A stretch of 52,205 bases of DNA from Gemmatimonadales bacterium. Its GTDB lineage: Bacteria; Gemmatimonadota; Gemmatimonadetes; Gemmatimonadales; GWC2-71-9. Made by a program: the position numbers and the translations under genes. The DNA is taken from contig JBJMPK010000129.1 in NCBI GenBank assembly GCA_045803245.1, positions 1 to 52,205 of the forward strand, given 5' to 3'. Positions 28,632 to 37,411 of this stretch are shown in pieces; within the stretch, counting starts at the first letter, position 1, and each line of letters starts with the position of its first letter. The notes beneath the pieces are model-generated. The model saw nothing but the letters and a program-made list of their open reading frames with translations. It had not been told where the DNA came from and made no database searches.

Positions 28632-29241
28632 TACTGGTCAGCAGCACTTCTGCCGCTTGCAAGTCTTCGGGCGTATCCACATCGCTAAGCGCTGCGGCCG
28701 GCCAGTCGAGCATCAGCGCCTCGCTGCGGTGTCGCTGAACCACCGCCTTGCCACACCCTTCGCCGGTCCACGCCAGGAGCTCCGGGAACAAAACCCGGCG
28801 AAAGAGGAGGGGCGGTGCCACTATTTCACCGTACCGCGACACGACGAGCGGGGCATCGCTCATAGCCGCCGCCATGACCATGGTCCTCAGCATCGCTTCC
28901 GTCACCAGCACCATGTCTGCCAGCATGACCACCACCGCCGGCACCGCCGACTCCAACCGCTCCAGCCCGCGATGCAACGAACCGCTGGTCGGGCCGGTGT
29001 AATCCGGGCTCAGTGCGATTTCGATGGCGAGATCCGCCAGCTCGGCGCCGGCCCGCTCCGCGTCATGGCCGAGAACGACCACCGTGGGTGTGAGGCCGGC
29101 GCGGAGCGCTCTGCCCGCCGCCCGGCGCACCAGCGACTCCCCCTCGAGCTGGACCAGCATCTTGTTGCGCCCCATTCGGCGCGACGCCCCCGCCGCCAGA
29201 ATGACCCCGGCGGACGCGAACGGCTCAGTCATCGATGGCAT
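28600..29241 (-). CDS. mocA: Molybdenum cofactor cytidylyltransferase (MocA-like nucleotidyltransferase)
   Basis: ILAAGASRRMG.NK, LADM and DVDTPED motifs, next to xdhC. Confidence 0.85.
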   Translation of the reverse strand: MPSMTEPFASAGVILAAGASRRMGRNKMLVQLEGESLVRRAAGRALRAGLTPTVVVLGHDAERAGAELADLAIEIALSPDYTGPTSGSLHRGLERLESAVPAVVVMLADMVLVTEAMLRTMVMAAAMSDAPLVVSRYGEIVAPPLLFRRVLFPELLAWTGEGCGKAVVQRHRSEALMLDWPAAALSDVDTPEDLQAAEVLLTSMRAVGLEPTT

Positions 29242-30316
29242 GGATCGGGGCCATCCGCTCGCGTAACGACCTGGGGTCGCGGCCCGACTGCACAGCGAGG
29301 ATCTCCGCGATCACGGCGAGAGCCACCTGTTCCGCTCCGTCGGTCCCGATGTCGAGTCCCACCGGACCATACACTCGCGCGCGGTCGGCGTACTGCAGCG
29401 TTCCCTCGCGCTCCAGGTTCTCCAGCAGCCGTTCCGTCCGCTGATGCGGCCCCAGGATTCCGATATAGGGAACCTCGGTTGCCAGCAGATGCCGTGCGTA
29501 GGTCTCGTCTTTGATGAAGCCATGGGTCATCACGACCGCATAGGACGCCTCATCGAGCTGCAGCTGACCCATCGCATCGTCACCCCTGCTCTCCAGGCGA
29601 TTGACGTGCCACGGGAACCGGTCCAGGGCCAGCATGGCGGGTCGCCAGTCGACGACGGTCACCTGGAAGCCAACCTCCGTGGCAAAGTGTGCCAGGGGCT
29701 GTGCGTCATCCCCGGCGCCACAGATCACCAGCTGTGGCGGCGGAACCAGCACCTCGACAAACACTGAGCAGTCTCCGAACTCCTCGAGGGTTGAGCGACC
29801 CTCGCGAAGCAGCTCTCGTGCCCTGGCCGCGACCGATCCGGTGGCGGCGCGGAGACTCCCTTCGATCGCCGCGTCCGTCACCGTCATCCGCTGGCCCACG
29901 GCCGCTTGCGGGCCGGCCACCACGGTGCAGACGGCGAGCCGCATGCGATGGTTCAACCGCTCGCGTATGCCGGGTCGGGCCTCGAGTGCCGGCTCCACGA
30001 AAATTTCAATCTGGCCTTCGCAGCCGAGCCCCAGATCCCAGGCGGCGATCTCTTCGCTCCCGGAGCAATAGGTCCGAAGCCGTGCCTGGCCCGACTCGAT
30101 GACCAGGAGGGCGACCTCGCGCACGTCCTGCTCCAGACACCCGGCGCTCACATTCCCGGTCGTGCTTCCGTCGTCCGCTACCAGCAGCTTGGCGCCTTCG
30201 TGCCGGTACGCGGATCCGTGAACCCGCACCACGGTGGCGAGCGCCGCCCGCCGGCCGGTCCCGACCAGGGTGTTCAGCCGGTCGAGAACCTGGCGGGTCT
30301 CGAGCCACTGTTTCAT
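29225..30316 (-). CDS. xdhC: XdhC/CoxI family Moco maturation chaperone
   Basis: ATVVRV.GSAYR..GA, VSAGCLE, GLGCEG, YIGILGP and GPVGLDIG motifs. Confidence 0.92.
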   Translation of the reverse strand: MKQWLETRQVLDRLNTLVGTGRRAALATVVRVHGSAYRHEGAKLLVADDGSTTGNVSAGCLEQDVREVALLVIESGQARLRTYCSGSEEIAAWDLGLGCEGQIEIFVEPALEARPGIRERLNHRMRLAVCTVVAGPQAAVGQRMTVTDAAIEGSLRAATGSVAARARELLREGRSTLEEFGDCSVFVEVLVPPPQLVICGAGDDAQPLAHFATEVGFQVTVVDWRPAMLALDRFPWHVNRLESRGDDAMGQLQLDEASYAVVMTHGFIKDETYARHLLATEVPYIGILGPHQRTERLLENLEREGTLQYADRARVYGPVGLDIGTDGAEQVALAVIAEILAVQSGRDPRSLRERMAPIHAIDD

Positions 30317-30335
30317 GCGTTCTCCGATCTATCCA

Positions 30336-31259
30336 TCACCTTGCCAGGAAGCCGGTGACCAGCGATATGGTGGCACCCGGATTCTCTTCCATGATCCAGT
30401 GCCCCGAATTCGGGACGATCCCCTCCTCGACATTCGTGGCCGCGGCGCGCATAACAACCGCCATCGTCGGGCCGAACGACTTCTCCCCACCTATCGCCAG
30501 CACCGGCATGGTAAGCTTGCCTTGGGCCAGGAAAACCTTGTTATCGCTGGCGTCCTGGTCGAATGCCTTGAACTGCTCAAACCCCGCATGCATCGCGCCG
30601 GGTTGGGCATAGAGCTTGGCATAATGCCGCCGGGAGGCCTCGGAAAATTTCTTCGGGTCGGCCGAGAACTCGTTCCAGAACCGGTCGAGATAAATCCGCT
30701 CGCGACCCGCGACCAGCCGCTCGGCATCGGGACCCCAGAACGAGAAGTGCCAGAGGGCGTGGCTCTTGACGATATCGTCCCAGGGTCCAATGCCGGGGAG
30801 CGGTGCATCGATCAGAATGAACCGGCGCACCCGGGCCGGATATTCCGCGGCGAACGCATAGCCGACCATGTTGCCGATATCGTGGGTGACCACGTCAGCC
30901 CGATCGACCTGGAGCGCATCAAGCACCCCGGCGATATCGTGGCCCTGGGTCTTCTTGTCATAACCTCCATCGGGTCGGGCCGACAGACCCATCCCGCGGA
31001 GATCTGGGATGATAACGGTGTGGCTGGTCGCCAGCTTAGCGGCCAGAGGCGCCCACATGTCCCCGGTCTCGCCGTAGCCATGCAGCAACACCACTGCCGG
31101 CCCGCTTCCGCCGATACGAGTATACAGGGTCGTACCATTGGTGGTGATTCGCTGGGCGTGAAACCCTGGGGGGAGCGGCTCGATCTGGTCTCTACCCGCG
31201 AGCGAGGCGATCGATCCCACTGCCAGCACGGTTCCCGCAAGGATTCGTACGTGCATCAA
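30336..31259 (-). CDS. Secreted alpha/beta hydrolase, epoxide hydrolase/dehalogenase type
   Basis: Signal peptide, LLHGYGE, DLRGMGLS, Asp nucleophile in HDIG, and GHWIMEE. Confidence 0.9.
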   Translation of the reverse strand: MMHVRILAGTVLAVGSIASLAGRDQIEPLPPGFHAQRITTNGTTLYTRIGGSGPAVVLLHGYGETGDMWAPLAAKLATSHTVIIPDLRGMGLSARPDGGYDKKTQGHDIAGVLDALQVDRADVVTHDIGNMVGYAFAAEYPARVRRFILIDAPLPGIGPWDDIVKSHALWHFSFWGPDAERLVAGRERIYLDRFWNEFSADPKKFSEASRRHYAKLYAQPGAMHAGFEQFKAFDQDASDNKVFLAQGKLTMPVLAIGGEKSFGPTMAVVMRAAATNVEEGIVPNSGHWIMEENPGATISLVTGFLAR

Positions 31260-31289
31260 AGGGTATCCCTAACCATTGCCCATTGGGAT

Positions 31290-31805
31290 CTAGGCACGCT
31301 CGCGGGCATCGTCGTCCGAGCTCCATTCGTCACGCGCGTAACTTCCCGGTGGAACACCGACCAGCCGGGCAAAGATCCGGGTGAAGTGGCTCTGGTCCGA
31401 GAAGCCCAATCGGGCGGCCACCTCCGCAATGGTGGTGTCGCTGGTCTGCAGGATGCTCTTGGAGCGCTCGATCCGCACCCGGCGCAGATATCCCATCGGG
31501 CTTTCACCGGTGCTGAGGCGGAACTGCCGGGCAAAATGGAACCGGCTGACCCCTGCCTGCAGGGCCAGCTCGCCGAGCGAGATCCGTTCGCCGATATGCG
31601 CGTCGATGTAAGCCCGGACCCGCCGGAGAGCACCGCCAGCCAATCCCCCCCGAAACCGGCTGGTCCGATCCGTCCCCGGTGGCGTTCCCTCACTGTCCGG
31701 TAACAGCCTGAGTGGTGATCGCTCGATGTCGCGTCGCGGCTCGCCCGGGCCGCGGTTAGCTAGCCTTGTACGCTGCCGTATCGGCGAAAGCAGGAGATTA
31801 CTCAT
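31290..31805 (-). CDS. AraC-family regulator, DNA-binding domain only
   Basis: GGLA...RRVRAYID, SRFHFARQF and GFSDQSHFTR.F. The N-terminus is short and probably disordered. Confidence 0.88.
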   Translation of the reverse strand: MSNLLLSPIRQRTRLANRGPGEPRRDIERSPLRLLPDSEGTPPGTDRTSRFRGGLAGGALRRVRAYIDAHIGERISLGELALQAGVSRFHFARQFRLSTGESPMGYLRRVRIERSKSILQTSDTTIAEVAARLGFSDQSHFTRIFARLVGVPPGSYARDEWSSDDDARERA

Positions 31806-31895
31806 TGCGGTGCCCCATTGTGGCGGTGATGGATCATGAGCCGTGCAACACCTTATGCACCGTCGCAAGACTACGGCGCGCCGACAGCGGGGCCT

Positions 31896-31935
31896 ATTGT
31901 ACGTTGGTATAAATTCCGATTGTACGTTGGTATAA
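31896..31935. promoter_or_regulatory. Tandem operator boxes ATTGTACGTTGGTATAA x2
   Basis: Perfect 17 bp direct repeat at 31896-31912 and 31919-31935, upstream of araC. Confidence 0.7.
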
Positions 31936-31962
31936 CAGCCCCGCGCCAGGCGGCGCCCGGGC

Positions 31963-32361
31963 CTACTGAGGCGGGAGTGCGAGACGTATCGCTCGGAGTA
32001 GCGCTTCCTCGGAGAACGGCTTGAGCAGGCAATCCACGGCGCCATCGGAGAGTACGCGGGGCCGGATTTCCTCATCGCCGTGGGCCGTGATGAACACGAT
32101 CGGGATGCCGCTCCGCCGGCGGATCAGCTCCCGCTGCAAATCGGGCCCTCGCATATCCGGCATGCGCACATCCAGGATCAGGCAATCGGTTCGCGGGAGG
32201 CACTCCGAATCGAGGAACGCCTGGGCCGAAGGGAATGTCTCCACGGCAAAGCCGATCGATTGGAGCAGCCCCTGCAGCGATTCACGAATGGAGTCGTCGT
32301 CGTCGACCACGGCAATCAATCCGGGGGCGTTCCGGTTATGGTGCCGGTACTCAGGCGACAC
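31963..32361 (-). CDS. Single-domain response regulator
   Basis: VVDDD, LILDVRMP, FITAH and LLKPF motifs. GTG start overlaps the kinase end. Confidence 0.92.
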   Translation of the reverse strand: MSPEYRHHNRNAPGLIAVVDDDDSIRESLQGLLQSIGFAVETFPSAQAFLDSECLPRTDCLILDVRMPDMRGPDLQRELIRRRSGIPIVFITAHGDEEIRPRVLSDGAVDCLLKPFSEEALLRAIRLALPPQ

Positions 32362-34822
32362 TGTCGGCGTCCCGGGGGATGGTGAACAGGAACGTCGCCC
32401 CGGGGCCGTTGTTGGAGATGGCCCAGAGTCGTCCACCATGATGTTCCACAATGGAGCGACTGATCGCCAAGCCCATGCCCATGCCGACACTCTTGCTGGT
32501 ATAGAACGCGTCGAAGACCTTCTCCTTACCCTGCGCGTCCAGCCCGACACCGGAATCCTGCACCGCAACCAGAACCTCATCGGCCTCGCTTCGCTGGGTA
32601 CTGATCACCAGCTCGCGCGGCCGGTCCCGCACCTGACTCATCGCCTCGAGCGCATTCATGATCAGATTCAGCATCAGCTGCTGGAGTTGCACCCGGTCAC
32701 CGGTGATCAGGGGGAGATCGGGAGCCATCTGAGTGCGCAGGGTGGCTCCCCCGGTCTGCACTTCGGCTCGGGTAATGGCGATGACCTCCTGGACCACATC
32801 GTTCATGGCCAGCCGGTCCTTGGGGGACTCTTCCTTCCGGAATAGGGAGCGCAGCCGGGTGATGACGTCGCCGGCCCGTTGGCCGTCCCGGACGATCCGG
32901 CGGGTGGCTTCGCGGGCTTCATCGAGATTGGGCGGATCGCCTGCCATCCAGCGGAGCGAGGCGTTCCCGTTGAGCACGATGCCCGCAAGGGGCTGGTTGA
33001 TCTCGTGAGCGATCGACGCCGCCATCTGGCCCAGCGTGCTCACCCGCGACACGTGGGCCAGATCCAGGCGCACCTTGTCGAGAGCGTCCTCGGACCGCTT
33101 TCGCTCGGTGACATCCATGACCGCACCGACGAATTCCACCAGATCGCTGGATCCGATCCGCGACGAATGCGCCATGATCTGGAGATACTTGACCGTGCCA
33201 TCCGGCAGCTTGAGCCGGTGCTCGATGGCAAAGTCTTTGCCTTCCCGGATGGCGCGTTCGACGATCTGTTGGAAAAAAACGAGATCATCCGGATGCACCC
33301 GCTGACGGATCACATCCAGAGTCGGTTGCACCCCAGGATCTAACTCGAAGATCCGGTAGGTCTCGTCCGACCAGGTGATCGCGCCACAGTCGGGCTGCCA
33401 CGAGAAACTTCCGGTGAGGCTGAGTCGCTGGGCCTCCGCCAGGTATGCCCGGCTTCGCCGCAAGGCGTATTCCGCCTGAGTCCGCTCTATGGCGATACTG
33501 GCCAGGTCGCGGAACTGTTCGATGAGGTTGTATTCATCGGGGGACGGCTTGCGAGGGCCAGCGTAATAGACGGCGAATGTCCCCAGGACTCGCTGGTCCC
33601 GGGAGATGATCGGTACCGACCAGCAGGCACCGAGGCCGTGAGCCTGGGCCACCGCCCGGATGCTCTCGGGGACTCCACCGGCCTGGAAATCGCTGACGAT
33701 GACGGTCTCCCGCAAAAATGCCGCGCGGGCGCAAGGGCCGGTGTCGGGACCGATAGGCCAGCCGTCCAGGATGCTGGTGTAGCTCGATGGCAAGCTCGGA
33801 GCGACCCCGTGCCGCAGCCGTTTGCCATCGTCGTCGACGAATAAAATCGAGCACATGGCGCCACTCGATTCCTGCTCCACCAGCCGGCACAAGGCACCGA
33901 GCATCACCAGCAGCGGCTCGCCTCTGGCGATCATCTCCAAGAGCCGCTTCTCGCCCCCCAGCAGCGCCTCGGCCCGTTTCCGCTCGGTGATATCGCGATA
34001 GATGATGTAGCCTTCGATCGGACCGGCGGTCACGACCGGCGACGCCGTCATCGACACCGCAATCCGGGAGCCATCCTTGCGTCGCCGGATCGTCTCCGAC
34101 TCCACTTTGTTGCCGCTGGAGAGCAACCGGGCATTGTTCTGGTATTCCGGGAGTCGCTCCTCGGGCGCCACCAGATCGAGCAGGGGCCGGTTCACCGCTT
34201 CTTCCGGCGTGTAGCCGAACATCCGGGTGAATTCCTGATTGACCCGGATGACGCTGACGGTGGCATCCACCAGGACGACGGCATGCGGCGCCAGCTCGAA
34301 TAGCTCCTCCAGGTGCGCCGTTTGCTTCTTCAGCTCTTCTTCGGCCCGCTTGCGGTCTTCGATGTCGGTGGTCTGGCCATACCACTTGACCAGATTTCCC
34401 CGCTCGTCGTACTGCGGCAGACCCCGGAAGAGGAACCAGCGGTCGGTCCCATCATGACGCCGCAGTCGGGCTTCGATCTCGCCTGGCTTACCCGAAATCA
34501 GAGTCGACCGCCAGTACTCGACCAGGCGAGGCAGGTCGTCGGGACAGACTGCAGCTTGCCAGCCCCACCCCCTGGCTTCCTCCAGCGTGAGGCCGGTGTA
34601 TTCCAGCCATCGTTGATTGAGGAAATCGATGTAGCCGTCGGGGAGAGCGGTCCAGACCAATCCCGGGATGCTGTCGATGGCTAACCGGAACTGGTCACTC
34701 AAGGCCTGCACTTCCTGCAGCGCCACCGGTCCGCCGCCCAGATCATTCAGGGATGGTTCGTCGGTACGCTCGCTATAGTGGGCCGGAACTCCGGGAAGAA
34801 CTGCGCCAGGGGGGCGTTGCAT
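32351..34822 (-). CDS. Cytoplasmic PAS-PAS-GAF-PAS histidine kinase (NodV/FixL-like)
   Basis: PAS/PAC repeats, GAF, ASIAHEINQPL H-box, LNLIMNA, DSGVG and GMGMGL. No TM segments. Confidence 0.94.
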   Translation of the reverse strand: MQRPPGAVLPGVPAHYSERTDEPSLNDLGGGPVALQEVQALSDQFRLAIDSIPGLVWTALPDGYIDFLNQRWLEYTGLTLEEARGWGWQAAVCPDDLPRLVEYWRSTLISGKPGEIEARLRRHDGTDRWFLFRGLPQYDERGNLVKWYGQTTDIEDRKRAEEELKKQTAHLEELFELAPHAVVLVDATVSVIRVNQEFTRMFGYTPEEAVNRPLLDLVAPEERLPEYQNNARLLSSGNKVESETIRRRKDGSRIAVSMTASPVVTAGPIEGYIIYRDITERKRAEALLGGEKRLLEMIARGEPLLVMLGALCRLVEQESSGAMCSILFVDDDGKRLRHGVAPSLPSSYTSILDGWPIGPDTGPCARAAFLRETVIVSDFQAGGVPESIRAVAQAHGLGACWSVPIISRDQRVLGTFAVYYAGPRKPSPDEYNLIEQFRDLASIAIERTQAEYALRRSRAYLAEAQRLSLTGSFSWQPDCGAITWSDETYRIFELDPGVQPTLDVIRQRVHPDDLVFFQQIVERAIREGKDFAIEHRLKLPDGTVKYLQIMAHSSRIGSSDLVEFVGAVMDVTERKRSEDALDKVRLDLAHVSRVSTLGQMAASIAHEINQPLAGIVLNGNASLRWMAGDPPNLDEAREATRRIVRDGQRAGDVITRLRSLFRKEESPKDRLAMNDVVQEVIAITRAEVQTGGATLRTQMAPDLPLITGDRVQLQQLMLNLIMNALEAMSQVRDRPRELVISTQRSEADEVLVAVQDSGVGLDAQGKEKVFDAFYTSKSVGMGMGLAISRSIVEHHGGRLWAISNNGPGATFLFTIPRDADSVA

Positions 34823-34855
34823 ATGTGATGATGCCTCGTTACAGAGGAGGGAGCC

Positions 34856-34872
34856 ATTATACGTTGGTATAG
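34856..34872. promoter_or_regulatory. Third operator box, palindrome TATAC-GTTG-GTATA
   Basis: ATTATACGTTGGTATAG between the response regulator and the kinase; 15 of 17 bases match the boxes at 31896 and 31919. Confidence 0.65.
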
Positions 34873-34891
34873 CCGCGCTCGCGCGATGCGC

Positions 34892-35521
34892 CTACGCCTT
34901 GGCGGCCACCGTCAACTTGAGTCTGCCCGCGCGAGTGACCAGGTCCGCTAATGAAGTGGCCCGCATCTTGGTCATGACGCGCCCCCGATGAACCTTGATA
35001 GTGATCTCACTGGTGCCCAGCTCGGCGGCGATCTGTTTGTTCAGCCGTCCCGACGTCACCAGCTCCAGGACCTGCCGCTCGCGGGGTGTCAGCGAGGCAT
35101 AGCACGCGCGCTGCTCCTCCAACTCCGCATCTTCCTGGCGGCTGGCCCGGTGCCGGTCGAGAGCCACCTGGATGCCATCCAGCAGGTCCTGGTCGAGAAA
35201 CGGTTTGGTGAGGAACTCGACGGCGCCGGCCTTCATCGCTCGCACCGACATCGGAACATCGCCGTGGCCGGTGATGAAAACGATGGGAATATCGCTGTCG
35301 AGCTGGGCCATTCGGGCCTGGAGATCGAGGCCACTCAGCCCCGGAAGTCCCACGTCCAGCACCAGGCAGCTCGGCGCATCGGTCTTGGCCGAGGCCAGAA
35401 ATTCATGGGCCGAGACAAAAACCTCGACGTTCCACCCCGCTGAGCGGATCAAGCCGGCCAGCGCCTCGCGAACCGACGCGTCGTCTTCCACGACGAATAC
35501 CATGGCCGTCGACTCCGACAT
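34892..35521 (-). CDS. FixJ/NodW-family response regulator (REC + LuxR HTH)
   Basis: ITGHGDVPMSVRAMKAGAVEFLTKPF and LNKQIA.ELG.SEITIKVHR motifs. Confidence 0.95.
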   Translation of the reverse strand: MSESTAMVFVVEDDASVREALAGLIRSAGWNVEVFVSAHEFLASAKTDAPSCLVLDVGLPGLSGLDLQARMAQLDSDIPIVFITGHGDVPMSVRAMKAGAVEFLTKPFLDQDLLDGIQVALDRHRASRQEDAELEEQRACYASLTPRERQVLELVTSGRLNKQIAAELGTSEITIKVHRGRVMTKMRATSLADLVTRAGRLKLTVAAKA

Positions 35522-35725
35522 CCGAGCTCCTCGTGGCAGTCAATAGAGCGGTGGTGAAAGCGATACGATCAAATCTGGACCACCGCTCCACAGATCGCCA
35601 GAAGGCGTCCCGCCATCGTGGCTTCGGAAACAGCACGCGGGTGCAATCTCCTGTCCTCAGCTACCTACATCCTTCGGCTGGCCGGTTATCTGTTTCACCA
35701 GTTCCGAGAGCCGAGGGCATTCGTC

Positions 35726-36415
35726 ATGGTGGCACCTGCTTACCCCAAAGACCAGACGGCTCTGCTGCTGGTTGACCCCTACAACGATTTCCTCTCCGAG
35801 GGCGGTAAGGTCTGGCCGCGGGTAAAAGCGGTCGCGAGCGAGGTCGCTCTGCTCCAGAACCTCAAGACCATCGTGGCGGGCGCCCGGACGGCGGGAATTC
35901 AGGTCTTCATCGTCCCGCACCACCGTTGGGAACCGGGGGACTATCAGAACTGGGATCATCCGACGCCCTATCAGATCGCTTCGGGCGAAAGGCAAAGCTT
36001 TGCCAAGGGCACCTGGGGCGGAGAGTGGCACCCTGAGTTCGTGCCCCATCAGGGCGACATCATCATCAAGGAACACTGGGGATCGAGCGGGTTCGCCAAC
36101 ACCGATCTCGATTTCTGGCTCAAGCAGCGGCGGATCGTGAAGGTGATCGTGATCGGTCTGCTGGCCAACACCTGCATCGAATGCACCGGCCGCTTTGCGA
36201 CCGAGCTGGGCTATCACGTCACCCTGGTGAAGGACGCCACCGCAGCCTTCACCGAGGAGATGATGTACGCCGCCCATGAGCTGAACGGCCCCACGTTCGC
36301 TCATGAGATTCTCACGACCGCAGAGCTGGTGGCCCGCTTCCCCTCTGGTGTCACCCGGCCGCTCGATCAGCCGAACTCACGAGAGCTGAGGGCCTCCTCT
36401 ACACCCAACAGGTGA
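35726..36415 (+). CDS. Isochorismatase-family cysteine hydrolase
   Basis: [17 protein letters not shown] and [10 protein letters not shown] catalytic motifs. Confidence 0.92.
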   Translation: MVAPAYPKDQTALLLVDPYNDFLSEGGKVWPRVKAVASEVALLQNLKTIVAGARTAGIQVFIVPHHRWEPGDYQNWDHPTPYQIASGERQSFAKGTWGGEWHPEFVPHQGDIIIKEHWGSSGFANTDLDFWLKQRRIVKVIVIGLLANTCIECTGRFATELGYHVTLVKDATAAFTEEMMYAAHELNGPTFAHEILTTAELVARFPSGVTRPLDQPNSRELRASSTPNR

Positions 36416-36894
36416 TCATGGACCCGGAGCTGGTTCTCGCACTCGCGGCCGGGATCGGGTTCGTCGCCGGCCTGCGCTCCCTCACCGCTCCCGCCGCTGT
36501 GAGTTGGGCCGCCCATCTGGGATGGCTGGACCTTCACGGCTCGCCGTTGGGCTTCCTGGGATCGATCGTAGCCGTGATAATTTTTTCGGCGTTAGCTCTG
36601 CTCGAGTATGTTGCAGACTTATTGCCGACAACCCCCAGGCGAACCATGGCGGGACCACTCAGCGCGCGGGTCGTGATGGGTGGCCTGTGCGGCGCCGCCG
36701 TCTGCGCCTCGGGTGGCCGCTCGATGCTCCTGGGGGCGCTCCTCGGCGGTCTGGGAGGAGTCATTGGAGCCTTCGCCGGCTACCAGGCACGTACCCGCCT
36801 GGTCCAGACTCTCAAGGTGAAAGACAGCATCATCGCCGTGTCAGAGGACTTCGTTGCAATCGTTCTCGCGTGGGTTGTCGTATCGTCGCACTAA
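36412..36894 (+). CDS. DUF4126-like membrane protein
   Basis: [25 protein letters not shown] and ED.VAI motifs. Confidence 0.8.
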   Translation: MIMDPELVLALAAGIGFVAGLRSLTAPAAVSWAAHLGWLDLHGSPLGFLGSIVAVIIFSALALLEYVADLLPTTPRRTMAGPLSARVVMGGLCGAAVCASGGRSMLLGALLGGLGGVIGAFAGYQARTRLVQTLKVKDSIIAVSEDFVAIVLAWVVVSSH

Positions 36895-36932
36895 CCCAGC
36901 TGGTTGGGCAGGCAATGCCTGAGGAGACCGTC

Positions 36933-37409
36933 ATGCAGGAACTCGACATCAACGGAAAGAAAGTCCGGGTCGATGTGCCGGCCGATATGCCGGTGCTGTG
37001 GGTGCTGCGCGACGTCGTCGGCCTGACCGGCACCAAGTTCGGCTGCGGGATCGCCGCGTGCGGCGCGTGTACGGTGCATCTCGACGGGCAGCCGATCCGC
37101 TCCTGCGTCACGCCGGTGAGCGCCGTGACGGGCAAACGCATCACCACGATCGAGGCCATCGGCGAAACGGCGCCGGGCAAAAAGGTGCAACAGGCCTGGC
37201 TGGATCTGGAGGTGGTCCAATGTGGTTACTGCCAGTCGGGCCAGATCATGTCCGCCTCCGCGCTCCTGGCCAAGACTCCCAATCCCAGCGATGCAGACAT
37301 CGATGCTGCCATGTCGGGGAATATCTGCCGCTGCGGGACTTATACCCGCATCCGCGCGGCCATCAAGCAGGCAGCTGGGTCGCCGGCGATTGCCGCGAAG
37401 GGAGCATAA
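36933..37409 (+). CDS. (2Fe-2S)-binding small subunit (IorA family), copy 2
   Basis: [26 protein letters not shown] and CRCGTY. GAGGAG RBS. Confidence 0.95.
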   Translation: MQELDINGKKVRVDVPADMPVLWVLRDVVGLTGTKFGCGIAACGACTVHLDGQPIRSCVTPVSAVTGKRITTIEAIGETAPGKKVQQAWLDLEVVQCGYCQSGQIMSASALLAKTPNPSDADIDAAMSGNICRCGTYTRIRAAIKQAAGSPAIAAKGA

Positions 37410-37411
37410 TC

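Noticed and set aside
31896-31935. Direct repeat read as a mini-CRISPR or att site
   Set aside because: There are only two 17 bp copies with a 6 bp gap. The near-palindromic form and promoter location fit an operator better.
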